55,710 nucleotides of DNA from Octopus bimaculoides (Eukaryota): contig NC_068997.1 of assembly GCF_001194135.2 (NCBI RefSeq), positions 31,301,001 to 31,356,710 of the forward strand. Direction: 5' to 3'. Numbering within the stretch: the first letter of the stretch is position 1; every line of letters begins with the position of its first letter. The translations under genes and the position numbers were made by a program. Below the pieces are notes generated by a model. That model had not been told where the DNA came from and did no database searches. It saw only the letters and a program-made list of their open reading frames with translations. Shown one piece after another: positions 22,802 through 36,419 of this stretch.

Positions 22802-24560
22802 ATATGCAGACAGACAGACAGATAGATAGACATTCATCTCAAAACAGGAAACTGAAAAAATTGTTGGCGTTGTTTGTTTCCCATTACACATTTTTCATTT
22901 CCTAATATGAATTACCAAGGAATAAATGGAGAAGGAATGGAGAATCGTAATAATACAAAATTTACATATGGATGACGATTTAATACATAGTCCGAACAAT
23001 GAGCATTAATGTGTATATGTGTGTCTATATACAGTAATATAGCGACTACTTGGTTGTGGTATTTATAATGTGTAAGGAATTAACGTTGTTTGTGTCATTA
23101 ACGCCTTAATTGTCTTATGATTGCTATGTTTTCAGAACATATAAAGTGCTGGGCTAAATGCTTGTCAGATATTATTTCTTGATCTTCTATTGTCTTTCAT
23201 CATCCATCAGTGAATTTATTTCACGATAAAGAAACGTTATCTGAAAATATCTACTTACTGTGGAGCTGATTTCTGTAGCTTCACTCTCTCTATTCTTCTA
23301 ATCTAGAAAATAATACAAACAATGTTATTTGCTAAACAAAATGACGGAGTTAGAAATTTTAGCTGTTAAAAAGAAGATTTAAGTAATATGAAGAAGGAGG
23401 TATATAAGTAACAATAATATGCAAAAGACAAAGAATAACTACATCTAACAATCAAACTACACATATAAACACTGAAAAATACATTTATATAAATAGACAT
23501 TTGTGTTTTCAGTTTAGTTTTCGTGATCTGAACATATTTAGTACTATTTTTTCCCAATAAAAATTTGCAATCACATCTACAATTATTTTATTTTTATATG
23601 GTTCAGTATTTGCGATGTTTGTGTAAATGTTTTAATATCTGCTTGTTTCAGACAATTCAAAAATGCTTAGAAAAATAAAATCACCAGATGTAATATGAAA
23701 CATAGTTTATATAGTATACATATATTATAAAGAACATCCGGAAATCATCAAAAGACTCCAAATAGGCAACATTTAAGTGAGATAACATTGAAGGCATTAA
23801 ATAGATTTGTAAATTGTGGAAAGCGTTTTAACATTTAAATAATTAAAGTTTATTTAGAAATATCTATAAGGCATTTATTCGCGACATTTTCAGTTACACA
23901 AATATGTACATCTCAGTTGTAATTCTTTTTCAACAGAAATATGAATATGCTTTTATGTAATATTTCACATCAAGTTTCTACTCCTTTCGAAAGCGGAGTG
24001 CAGTCTAGACAAAAACTAATTTCATATTTTTCTCAATCCTTGCATAATTGCAAAGATCTTGCACAAACATCATTGACTCATGCATCATAATACAAATGTT
24101 TGCTTCAATTATTCACCTTTTCAAATGCGAGTTCAAGGGATTGACTCTAGTGGTATAACATCTATAATCTTAGAAGGTCAGCATTTGGCATCACCGATCA
24201 AGATTCTTTGGAGTACAGCTTGCAAGCAAACTGCATCACAACTTATTTCAGATGAGGTGATATGATATAAAAAGAGCTGGCAGTCGTTCTGAATTCTTTA
24301 ATAAGGTGCAAAACTGTAACCGTTGTCTTGAATCATTATTGCTTTACCTTAAACTGAAAGGCAAATGAGTTGTTTGATCCTGAGAAAGCATGGAGGATAT
24401 ATTGCTTTGGATGTTGTCTTTTCAAAACCACCGGATGTAATTCAATTGATAGAAAGAAATCATTTTGACTTTTTAAATCAGTTTTAAATGAAAGGCTTTT
24501 GCTTCTCTCCATGTGTGAGTATGTGCATGTGTGTATGTGTGTGTGCACACATGCGTATAA

Positions 24561-24606
<46 letters not shown>

Positions 24607-25544
24607 AGAGAGAGAGAGAGAGAGAGAAATGAATAACCAGTGGTTTGATATGAGTAAATTTATATTCCAAAGGAAATCAGAAACTATTTTGAGAACTTTA
24701 TCACGAATAAGAGAACCAACTTGTCTATTTACAAATCAATGAAGATATATTAGCAAAGGCCAAACTGCGCAGTAACAACCGAATCAAAAGTAAAAACACG
24801 CGGGAAGACCCATCTGTAGTTTATGTTTAAATCTGTCAGAAATATATGAGATGCATTATAAACGAATGCAACTCTTCATAAAAAAAATACACAATTTTAT
24901 CTATGTATCTGACAGCGAAATTTATCCAATAACATGCTTAAGACTAAGCTTGACTCTGTATAAATCACAGATCCGAATCCTGGAGTGATTGGGCTGAGTG
25001 AACGTATAGATATTAGTACCAGTATAAAACAACCAAATCCAATGATTTTCCCCTCTTGCAGATTTGTCGATGGCGTATCACAACAGCAACATATGAACAA
25101 ATAAACAACATTCTTTGCGAAATACAACTACTTCGCAAGCATGGTAGTAACATTTCGATTATTAGTGTTTGTTGAATGCAAGAAAAGATTATGATAGAGA
25201 AACTGGTATGTGAGTGAAATGCAGAAGCCTCATAAAACCTCTGTTATTCCCAACTGTATGACACGCTTTGCCTCGATTCCCTGAATACGCCAATGTGAAT
25301 TTGGGCAAGTCGCAGCGGGTCAACCTGGTCATCCCTATATAGGGTTGTTTTTTGTAGTTGTTTTTTTTTTAGGATAGCAAATAGACATATTGCAATTTGA
25401 CCACATTTTACGATCGCTAGCTTCTCGTACCAAAATTCGGGTACTTTACAGTTAACTTAAAAATGTCGAACAAACAAAGACCCGGTTATTGAATAATAAA
25501 CGCGTTATTTCCGGTGCGTAATGATTTCAGAGATTAGATTAGTA

Positions 25545-27900
25545 TATTGACGGACGCTATCATCACCAACAAGTAGTGGATTTCATTAACAAGTAAAACC
25601 AGAAAGGCATCTGCTAGTTTAGATAAACTAATTAGTATCTTAGAAGATGCACACAGAAAAGGAATAGCAAACGACGTGCTAGCGGCGAGAATGGCCCTCG
25701 ACTATTTCTTCGACGTGAAATACGAAGGTTGTGTTGTCAGAGCTAGGATGCGTGCACTGAAACATGAAGGCTCAAAAACATCAGCTGGGCCTGTGTGACG
25801 GAGACACAACATGGTAACAAAGGTAGGATTTGGTCAGCATGGTTTGTGGCACCTATCGGACAAGGGACTAATTATTGCAAGAAGCTGACTTCAGCAGTGT
25901 AAGTCGAAGATGTACTGAACAGCTGTGTGGGAAGCAAATCACGAAGATTGAAAGGTCTGCCGTATGAGCTATATCATCAAATGCAAGACTTAGCAGCCGT
26001 CACTACAGCTTGCAGCAAACCGAATGAGTTTTCAGTCGAGTGAGCCAGAGTGTTGTGACACTACAGAAGAAAGAAGCGAAAGAAGGGGGAAATGACTGAA
26101 AATTTCAGGCCCAAAATTTAGTTCGACACTGAATTAATGATTTTAGCTAAAGTGCTCACAAAGAGGCTAGCAGTTGCAGCTGGTAGTGTAATCGGAGAAG
26201 TGCAAACCTGTGCGATCACGACAGATCTAAGCACGTTAAGCTCCATCTCATACGATATATCATAGAATGGGGAAAGAATAGATCTGGCTTTGCCAAGACA
26301 CTGTTCAGTCTGGGCTGGTCCAAGGTATTTAAGAAGGTAGACTATCGCTATCTCACGGTTGTCCTTAGAGCTGACGGTTTCGGTCCCGTATTCAGTATCT
26401 GCTTCGTAATGAACTTAAATAGCCGCTCTCGTAATCTTTCAGCATCGAACGTTCGGTCTGCTGGAGGATACCCTCTCTTCACACTCTTATATGTTTTGGT
26501 GTTGGAAGCTTTACTGGAGATTTTGTGGGGTCCTTCGCTGGGACTAGGTCAAAGGAAAGTCATATCTACATAAAGGACGTTGGATAATTCAGAGATAAAA
26601 GCGATCGATATTATAATGAAAGAATACTCGTTATGTACAGGAGCACACATAAATCAAGCCAAATCAGTAGGTTTGCAACTAGGCAAGTCCATGTTGACTA
26701 CCGGTAATTTTCGTCGCTTGACGGAGGATCCGGTGAAAGTAATTGGTTTCTGCTGCGGACCAGATCTTCAAGTACAAAGAGACTGGGAATAAGTCAGGAG
26801 TAGAGTAGAATACTGAAATAAGCTGAGAGGAAGCTGCCTTTGAAAAGCCAACTGGAAGTGGCAAATGCATCTAACATACGACTACCTGAGCATTGTACTA
26901 ACGAAAACGTAACCAGATTAGGGCACGTGTTTTTCCAGTTCTTATGAAAGAAGTAGGTTCTACTGGTCAGCAAATCTATTTACCGTTGATGGTGGTCTCA
27001 GGATGCTGTTCTTAATAGTGCGCAAGCAAGCACTGAGGTTGTCAACCCTGTAAAAATATCTAAATTACTGCGATAGTGTCAACGACGAAAACAAAAAGGT
27101 AAACTGATGTGGGAGTCTTCGTGTAACGCGTCTTTCTCTTTCACTTTGCTGTAGTATTTGGTCAAGCGCAGAACAAGATTAGGCGTTATGCATCTAAACT
27201 TTTGCTAGGCATTGTACCAGATGGACAAAGCCGTTTGCAAGAAAGCAAAGATTTTCCAAAGAGTTATTTGAGAGCATTATCGACGATGGGCTTGGATTGC
27301 CTCTGAGTTCTCAAAGAACAAAGAGGTCTTTTCTTGGAGAGTTTCAGTTTAAAGACTACGAGCAACTTCCAAAGGTCATCAGAGATGTGGTGCAGAGGTG
27401 CTACAGAGATGTGATGCATTAGCTATTCGAAATAAGCGCTTCAAGCATGGAAGCGCCAGCATCTACACCCATCTGGGATGTGTGGAAGGGACATAAAACC
27501 ATACTAAATGCATCGTTAGTTGTCTGTGCATTAGTTACTTATAGGCTTAAGTTACTTGTAGGCATAAGTTACTTGTAGGTATAAGTTACTTATAAGCCTG
27601 TGCTGAGCAACTGCCATATCTTGTAACAAGAACCCTGTTGTCCACCGAATGCATAGTGAAGAATGATGCAACACATTTCTTTGGAAGGACAGGGAGGCAG
27701 ATCTTTCTCTGATTAATAGCTGTGCAGAAAGGTTTTGGAACAGGCACTTTCCTATCTGGTTAAGCTCTCATCAGTTTCTTCGAATATTATATGAAGAGGA
27801 AGGTGGGGTAGAGAGGTAGGTGCTGCATTCTAGAGTGTTAATAGAAAGGTAAATGAGTGTGGTTTAACTGGTGAGGTTGAGTGAGTCTACACTGAATATT
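25545..27900 (+). pseudogene. Tx1/L1-like ORF2 remnant (post-endonuclease region to C-terminus), heavily decayed
   Basis: EGCVVRARMRAL, LMILAKVLTKRL, KVFKKVDYRYL, PLFTLLYVLVLEAL, AHINQAKSVGLQLG, DPVKVIGFCCGPDLQ, KRKVGVER. Contains a 17-bp x4 minisatellite at 27531-27598. Confidence 0.8.
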
Positions 27901-28089
27901 ATTTTTTTACGCAGGAGGAAAGGAATTAGGAGATGGCACTCCCCATGAGAGTAATTCGAGACCTTTCGTGGAAGGTTCTCCCCGAATTACTCTAGGCGGA
28001 CCATTAGGTGATGGGCCAGAGGGGTCGTGGTTCCCCCTTCTGATTTGCTTTAATGGGTATTTTCATGTAGCACTGGGTCTAACAAATCG

Positions 28090-30760
28090 GAAATTTGCGT
28101 TTCCAGAAAAAAAAAAACTGGGATGGATGGTACCCGCATGGACATTTTGACCAGAGATCACTGAAATTACTGGCCGAACCAGGTCTTCCAAAGTGTTAAA
28201 GTGTTACATGGGAAAATGCAAGTCTCCACAATTTGAGGTAATCAACAAGTTGATTAATGATGGTGAGAGAAAAATTGCGAAAGAAATGCAGAGAAATTTT
28301 TTGCAGATCATCGTTCGCCTGCACACTGCTGTTAGAAACAGAGAGTGTCCAGATGGGGAGGATGTGACTGGAGACGCTCCTGCACAACTAACAACCATTG
28401 AGTATTATCCGGTCATACATCACCCAATCACAGACATCAGAGTCATACAGGAATGCTTAATGTACTCAGAAGAAGCTTCACAGAAGTTGGACAACATTTT
28501 TATCATCACTACATGTGACCTGAGCGTAGGTATGAAATCGTTTCCGATAGTATGGAGCAATGCACCGGTATGAGGACCACATCATCAGGATTAGAATATT
28601 TCATCTAGCCAGTGGTTATCTGAAGATGTTGCGAAAGAAGACGGAATTCGCTGAAATCTTACTATAAGCCGGTCTTACGACATCTGGGTCTTTGATGGGT
28701 GTCCTTTCAGCCAAGAACTATGCACTCTCACTTAACTGCCACAAATTCTGGTGGAAGCCCTTGAGAGATTGGTGATGGCTTGTTTTCTACAAGATCGGGG
28801 TGAAGTAGTATCATTTGGAAAGCTACCGACATCTTCCAAGAGTTGTATTGAGAGACTCGCAACATCTCCCAGCAAGGAGACTAAAAATGAAGCATTGAAT
28901 GATCAGGAAATTTGTTCATACATTAATGAATACCTTCATTTCCATGGGAACATGGCTCAGGCTAACACAGAAAGACTGCTGTGCTTTGGATGTCATACAT
29001 TGATCATGTTTGTATGACAATGTGCCTTCTACAAGATGTAAACTCAAACAACTTTCCAGTATATGCACAGTGCTTCTGCCTAATGCCTGACCTCTTCTTC
29101 AGCTTCAGGGGACATTACTATGCCCGGTACTAAACACTCTTTTCGATATTTACTGCCAACATTCAACATTTTCATCCCGGTGCTGAGCATTTATTAAAGA
29201 GAGGTGCAATCAGTGTGACAAGCCTCTTTGTTCCAGCAAATAGGTGTGCTGTCAAAAAGGCAATTGAAGAAACATTTATGAAACATTTATGAAACTTTTA
29301 TCAAAAGATGGAAGTGGTTCGTCTGAAGCGGGAGTTAGCGGTCTGCAGACAAACTACAGTGCCTATCAAAGATGAACACAGTCAGGTAGAGAACGAGCCA
29401 AATTCCTTCAGGCTACATTTTGTCTAGCGGGAATGTCTGATGAAGAAGACAAATGACTGCAACATCGGGATGTTCACCCTTGGGAAATTGCGACCAGCAA
29501 GAAACTTGACTCAAGGACCATTGCGGCTATCGAGTGCTTCAATAACCTTTACAACATCCCAGATGATGGCAAGTAGTACTATCTATCATCCGGCGCTCCG
29601 GCTTTAGAAGAAGTGGCGAAGGACGTCCTCATTACTGAGACTGTTGGAAGGCAAACAAAAGAAGACTTCAGTGAAAGCAGACTTAAGAAGAATGGTTTCT
29701 TTGATCCTATCAAATGCAAAAACTTTGGAAACCATGGCACACATGCTCAAATCCGTGAAACAGTCAACTTCTCAAAAGGAAGTTATCGAGTACAACCAGC
29801 AGGGAAACAACGCGTTTCACTTACTAGTGAAGTCTCAAGCACAGATCGATTGGAAACTTGACTATGATAAACAGTTGAAATACTCATTGACTCCTGTTCC
29901 ATACAGCATTGGATTGGCAGACGGATTTTTAGCAAAAGCAGACTATTCCAAATATGTGAAGGAAAAGCTTACCAGTAATCATTAGATGGGCATAACACAT
30001 TCTGTCAAGAAATACGCTCTCTCGAATCTACGCAGGAAGAAACTGACACTCGTGTGATCCTGTATTGCATGTATGCCAAAGAACAGAGATGCAAATCCAT
30101 TCGTGTGAGGAGTCCCGATTCAGAAATATTTTTCATCTTACTTCAGCATGTTAGATTCCTGAAAGGACTTCAAATTCTGTTTGAAACTGGAAAAGGCAAC
30201 ACACGACGCTGTATTGATGTCACCAAGCTGGCTATGTCTTCCACGCCTGTTCTCTTCTGCATTACTAGGTTATCATGCCTTCACCGCGTGCGATAGTACC
30301 AGTGCTTTCAAAGGGAAGGGGCAAGTGAAGGGACTGAAAGTCGTTGAAACAGATGAATCATTCCAGAAAGCGTTCTCCAAGTTAGGGGAGTCTTGGGAAG
30401 TTGACGAGGAGGGGATGAATGAACTGGAGGGTTTCCCATGTGTGTTGTATGGTAACAAAAGGACAATAAAGGTGAATAATGGAGCTTCGCAACCTTGCTA
30501 GCAAAGTGCGGTGGGAAGGATGATTTCACAAAATGTAAGCAATTCCATCTCGCTTCACTGTCCCCATGTAGAAACGTCCTGAAGCAACAAGTTCGGCAAA
30601 GGAACTTCCTGACCAGGATATGGAAGCTCACGAACATTGCAATGGCAGCTGAAATCATGAAGCCGAGTGAACTTAGTGAAAGTGATTTCCTTGATGGCGG
30701 AGGATCGGACAGTGATACCGAAATTGATGGTGATGATTATCAATCGCACGCTTAAAATGA
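28090..30760 (+). mobile_element. Academ (AcademX-type) DNA transposon remnant: transposase plus XPG/FEN1-like nuclease domain
   Basis: TTIEYYPVIHHPITD..CDLSVGMKSFPIVW, LSAKNYALSLNCHKILVEALERL, QEETDTRVILY (~30033-30065), VRSPDSEIFFILL, LLGYHAFTACDSTSAFKGKG (H3TH motif, 30274-30321), LASLSPC..IWK. Superfamily assigned from recalled domain architecture. TIRs not found. Confidence 0.7.
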
Positions 30761-31715
30761 CTCTTGAATCTAATAGATGGCTCACAAATAAGGTCTTCAC
30801 CTTTGACAATTATGTGGCGTATGTGTGGATGGATCGAAGTCCGATGCATTACAAAGTTAATGAAACTAAAAACAGATATAACTGTTGTGAAAATAAAATA
30901 CAGCCAGATGGCAATTAGGATGAATGCTTACTGGAAATGCGTTAATTCAAATTTTACAGAACCGAAAGTTGCTCAGCTCAGATTTCTAACTCAACTTTAA
31001 AGCAAACTCGTACATCCATTGTTTTAATTCTGTGTATATACCCACCAGGACGGAAGGTGGCTTCCGGAACACTTGAAACGGATCTTGATTAAACTTGAAA
31101 GATAGAAAGTATTATACAAGCCGGCATTTGTTTTAATATAAAAATTATATGGCATAACGAACATATATAACAAACTTTTGTTTACTTTTGACTTCACTAA
31201 CCTCTTAATGAAAATATTTTCATGATTTGATGTTTCCTTTTATAGACCAAATCAAATATCATCGTTTGTGGTGATTTGCAAGGATACAAGGAAAGATACC
31301 AAAGTATCTCTTGCTAGATTTTGCTGTAAATCTACTCGACACATTCAATGATATATAATAGTGCAGAAGTATCTCACATTCCACGGGGTAAACATTACTT
31401 CTTTTCAATTTGTTTTTTTACTTCTGGTATTAAAAAGCGCATGCAAACCTTCGTTTTGATTAATTTTCAATAAAAAAAGAATATTATAGGATCTTGCTAA
31501 TAAATAAAACCAGTGAATGCGAGATGTTATAGGTAAAGGTCAAAGTTTGTTTTTGACCTCTGGTAACCTTTTTACACAACAAATTTGTTTATCATTTACA
31601 TGAAATTGTAGATCTTGACCAGGCAATCATTTAAAATATTTTGGCGAAGAGTTGCGAAGTTAGTTGTAAAAGTGGTCAAAATGTCCCATGAGTGGTGAGT
31701 ATCTTCAATCCCAGC

Positions 31716-31749
<34 letters not shown>

Positions 31750-32204
31750 AGCGACATCAATTTTCTGATTTGTTAGACCCAGGACTACATTAAGGTAAAT
31801 CACAAGGTGCACCATGACACCCACTAACCCATGGCCTATTTTTTTCTCCGTGGATAAACAAGGCGAAATTTCGAAAAAAAGTAAAAAATGAAGAAATTGG
31901 GTTTGAGAGGGAGAATATTAAAATATTGAGAATGTGTATGGAAGAATTAAGAATCGGAAGAAATATTAGGAAAGCAATCATGGTGAGGGGCGCAAATATC
32001 ACCTCAGACATGCTAGAAATAACAGGTAAAGGACAGGATTTCCGGGAGAACTTCTTTTTAAGTTTATATCGACGATCAGGTTTTTAAATACGGTCGTCAC
32101 AAACACGAATTACAGAATAGAAAAAGGTGATTTCAATTGAATTTGAGCTGTAATTTTTCCCGTGCACACAGTAAGAAATAACATAATTCGCACAGTTTTA
32201 CCTA

Positions 32205-32867
32205 AAGTGTGTGTGTGAGTGAGTAAGTGAGTGAGTGTGCGTGCGTGTGTGTGTGAGTATATGTGTGCCAAAGGAAGTTATTTTATGGCATTCTTTCGTT
32301 TGAAGCAGCAAAGTTGTCAACTCGATCATATCGGATCAAATGATTGTTCGTTAACTTCCGTAAAAAAATTATTGTTTTCTTCTTTGAAAAGAGAAGATAT
32401 TGAAAAAGAGGAGGAAAGGAAAAGGCCACATATGAGATCATATGATTGTTCGTTAATTTCCGTAAAAACTTTCTATTTCTTTATGCTATGCATTAGAGAG
32501 AGCAGAAAGTGAAAGAGAGGTGAAAGTGAAAAATGTATGTGTATATGAAATGGACGTGTGTGTGTGTGTGTGTGTAAGTGTTTGTGTATGTGTGTTTGTG
32601 TGTATGTGTGTTTGTGTGTATGTGTTTGTGTGTGTTTGTGTGCTTATGTTTGTGTGCTTATGTTTGTGTGCATGTGCGTGAATGAGGGAGAATGAGTAAG
32701 TGAAGGTGTGTGCTGTCATCTATGTAGTTTTTTTGTATGTATGTGCAAATGACACTCACTCATTCTCTCTGTCTTTCTCTCTCTTTCTCTCACACATTAT
32801 CTGTCATGGACACGTACATAAACACATATGCATACATATACGTATATGTGCGTGTGCGTGTGCATAT

Positions 32868-32960
<93 letters not shown>
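32205..32960. repeat. Compound microsatellite region (GT/GTAT/GA)n
   Basis: Direct read, including a long (GA)n at ~32867-32959. Confidence 0.9.
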
Positions 32961-32962
<2 letters not shown>

Positions 32963-33134
32963 ATTAACTGACTGATTGTATTTATTTACAACATAAAGAA
33001 ATGGATGTCTTTTAAGGTATGCTCGCATATAGAAAATGTGTCGTCGTCGTATTCGTCGTCGTCGTATAAAACGTCGTTTACGATAGTTGGCTTATAGAAA
33101 GATTAGAATGTTGAATTTTTGTAATACAAATATC

Positions 33135-33530
33135 GTCATCATCATCGTCGTCGTCGTCATCATTTAACATCTGTTGTCCAGTCTGGCATGGGTTGGACGG
33201 TTTGACTGGGTTGGTACACTGGAAGGCTGCGCCAGCCTCCAGTCTAATTTGCCATGGTTTTCTACGGCTGGATTCCCTTCCTAACATCAACCACTTAGAG
33301 ATTGTAATGGGTGCTTTTACGTGCAGTTTGCGAGACGCCAGTATCTGCCACAACTGCGATTTTGCTTGGCTTGATAGGTCCTCTGAAGCATGACATAATG
33401 CCAAAGGTCTTGGTCATTGCCTCCGTGAGGCCCACTCGGGAGGAACTCAGCCACATCGCCTCCATGAGACCCAACACTCGATAGGAACTCAGCCACTTCG
33501 CCTCCATTAGGGCCAACGTTATAAATCAAA
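33135..33530 (-). mobile_element. SINE-like repeat with RTE-like (GAT)n tail and internal ~40-bp tandem units
   Basis: Tail homologous to 22182-22272. gcctcc..gaggaactcagccac units repeated ~2.5x at ~33419-33520. Confidence 0.5.
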
Positions 33531-33789
33531 ATAAAGTTTATTTGGTAATCGAAAGGTTACTGAATTTTTTCATATGCCATACCTTGAAATCGGTAACTCA
33601 GCTTTCGAATGCATAAGGAACATGCACGCGCATACACACACATAAAACTATCTTTTATCTATATATATATAGATATATATTGACGAAGAAAACGTAGATA
33701 ACTTAGATATGTATAACTTAGCTTAAATATGTTTCAAACAAAAATTGGTCCAAGCTATGTCCAGCTTTATAATACCACCTAATAGGATT

Positions 33790-34200
33790 TGCTTAATCAT
33801 TTTTAAGTCAGAGTTTGTGGTATCACCTCCCTTTTGAGTGAGAAGTTTTTGTTGTCTGAGTTGTATCTAGGCATAGATGGCTTATCTGGTATTCCCTGAA
33901 GAAATTTGTCCGGTTTCCGTTTAAAAGTGATGGGATCATTTTTGTCTTTGATCTGTTTTGAGACGACAATGCTAAATAGGGCAGGGCCTGTTGAGGAAAA
34001 GAAATTGTAATGCAGTGCTTTTATGAGCTTTGCTCCTAAATTTGTTCGGAGCGTTATGGCCCATGACACTAAACCCGGATGAATTCTGAAATTATCGTTC
34101 AGGTCGTTTGGGCAATGCTGATGGTATATTCACCACATCGTGCAAATGATGTATTGCTCACGATGACACTGGAGAGATTAGAGTTTCAATGTTTTAAGAG
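33790..34200 (-). mobile_element. CR1/L2-group LINE 3' fragment
   Basis: LKL*SLQCHREQYII, TGPALFSI, FKRKPDKFLQGIPDKP (same terminal pattern as at 18940-19200). Confidence 0.75.
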
Positions 34201-34550
34201 GGTCCCAATATTCGGGATCAGTCACACCCTTAATTCTTTTAGTGAATGACCTATGAAGTGATTCAATTTTCGAGATATTTTGTTTTGTATGGGGAGACCT
34301 AGATATTTTATTTCGTATGGGGAGATGTGACCGTACAAAGGAGGATAAAAGAGGTATGATGATACCTTGCTTTCTGGACCGAAAAGTTCTTAGGATCTAG
34401 AAGATCATTCTACGAGCTATTTCGACTATGTCGATTTTTGTCAACAGTTACTTCTGGGTCTCTGATATTAATAGATGATGTGAGTTGTTCCCCTGAAGGA
34501 AGAGAATATGGTTGTTTTAGCATAGATATTTTCCAAATTGCATCACTTCA

Positions 34551-34554
<4 letters not shown>

Positions 34555-34624
<70 letters not shown>
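34555..34624. repeat. (TA)n microsatellite
   Basis: Direct read. Confidence 0.95.
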
Positions 34625-34627
<3 letters not shown>

Positions 34628-35062
34628 CAAAGGACATACTAAGTATGTCTACCTGCTTGAAATAACAATCAAAACTCCTTATTAAATCGCCCAAAAATAC
34701 ACTGGTGATAACTACAGAAATCAAACGAGGGCAAATTTAGTTAAGACAATCTCCTTACATACATTTAAGTATTTGGATTCACGTGGACTATTTTCTGCAT
34801 TGGCACAATAAGCCTTAGCTTCTTCAGCACGCATTGCCAAGATAAGAGATTCCCAACCTATCCTTCTGAAGTCTGTGCCGCTACTGATTCGTTTCGCACT
34901 GACATCACAGCAGCTTACCATTGTAAAATAATCTCGTTACAGATTTACGAGAAAAATAATTTATTAAAAATTAATTTACAAAGGTATCGTTATTTCCATT
35001 ATTATCCAATATAACTAATTTAAGAATGATAATAACAGAATCATCGATACAGGCGACAGCAG

Positions 35063-35251
35063 GCCAAAAAATAGCATTAAATAGCCGAGGGATTAAAATT
35101 AATCAAAGGACATACTAAGTATGTCTACCTGCTTGAAATAACACTCAAAACTCATTATTAAATCGCCAAGCTGTATTTCAAGCAGGTAGACACACTTAGT
35201 ATGTCTTTTGAGTAATTTTAATCCCTCGGCTATTTAATGCTATTTTTTGGC
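35063..35251. repeat. Foldback element: 78-bp arms, 33-nt spacer; partial direct copy at ~34625-34690
   Basis: Arms 35063-35140 and 35174-35251, 3 mismatches by eye. Confidence 0.9.
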
Positions 35252-36419
35252 GTTGGAGAGGATAGGGTTTGAATGCTTTAAGGCGGTCTCAATAATCTAG
35301 ATCATTAATGCCCTAAATTATTTTAGTAAATGCCTTTTGTGGTGATTCAAACTTTGAAATGTTTTGTTTTGTATGGTGAGACTACAAGGGGCAGCAGTAT
35401 TTTCACAGCGAATGTTTTCACTTTGTGGATTCCTACTACGCTTGAAAAGTGACTTATATAGATTAATAGACTACCTATGACCCGCTGGGAACTGGGAAAG
35501 TCTGAGTATCCCAGCAACAGAGTTTTGTTTCATGGTTTTTTTTTCTTTTCTAGTTTATTTCGCATGCTTTCAACGAACGTGACATTGAAATTACGTGTAA
35601 GTAGCTTCTTTCTCCAGAAAAGGAGAGATTTAGCTGCTATTTCTTGCACACCTTGCTATCATGTAACAGGTATTTCGGGCCTTTTATCACAAACAGCTGT
35701 TGTGTGGAAGCAGGGAGTGCTAGAAATAGCAACCAAATCTTTGGAGGTGAGATACATTGAATTCACTCAAGAAAAAACTATGGAAAAAAATTATTTCTGA
35801 CCGAGGTTACGAACGGATCCTTTACGAGATATTTACCGTATATTTAAAGTCATTTTCACTTTAAGATATTTTAAAAATATGCCAAACAATTTTGTAATGG
35901 TATTTACTTGAAAATAATTTTTAAAAAAACATTAAAATATTGTCTGTTTAAAGAAAGGTAAAATATAAATAGCTACTGTACAAACAACCTACATTTTTGA
36001 AATCAAGTTTACTTATAAAATATTTGTAAATGATTAAAATACTGTATTTAACAAAAGTGAAAATAGAAACATATACTGCAAAAAAAAGGTTGTATTTTTC
36101 CTTGTCAAGTGACTGTGTCTAATCGAAAGGTTAGAGTTTGTTCCCTTTCAAGGTTAAGCTATTTTTGAAATCTTTTCCCATTATGCACCATTTTGGGTAT
36201 TTACACCCCCACCCCCCGAAAACCCCTAATATCTCAAGAACCAGTAGTCTGATTTACGTGAAACTTCTTTTATTTCATTCGTATTAACATTTCAGGGGAT
36301 TTTTAATTCGTAGTATTTTCCCATTAAGGGCTCAATTTGGCTGGGAAACATTGCAAGCAAGCAAGCAAGATTCAAGCTCACTTTTAATGTATTATAGATA
36401 ATCAGAAGCGGGCGCAAGA

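Noticed and set aside
25060-25142. Plus-strand exon candidate ICRWR..EIQLLRKH (kinase alphaC-like)
   Set aside because: Good acceptor but weak donor, and no other kinase motifs in the window.
27531-27598. 17-bp x4 tandem repeat
   Set aside because: Local minisatellite expansion in a decayed Tx1 ORF2.
27910-31700. Terminal inverted repeats for the Academ remnant
   Set aside because: No convincing inverted match found by eye, so the element ends are left undefined.
32231-33028. ORFs rich in ER, SL, TH, VC, YI dipeptides (also 45167-45520, 46792-47140, 54598-54889)
   Set aside because: Translations of dinucleotide microsatellites.
34448-34479. Plus-strand 32-nt exon candidate reading TSGSLILIDD (Walker-B/MutS-like)
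   Set aside because: Too short, no flanking supporting exons, and it overlaps an equally plausible minus-strand candidate.
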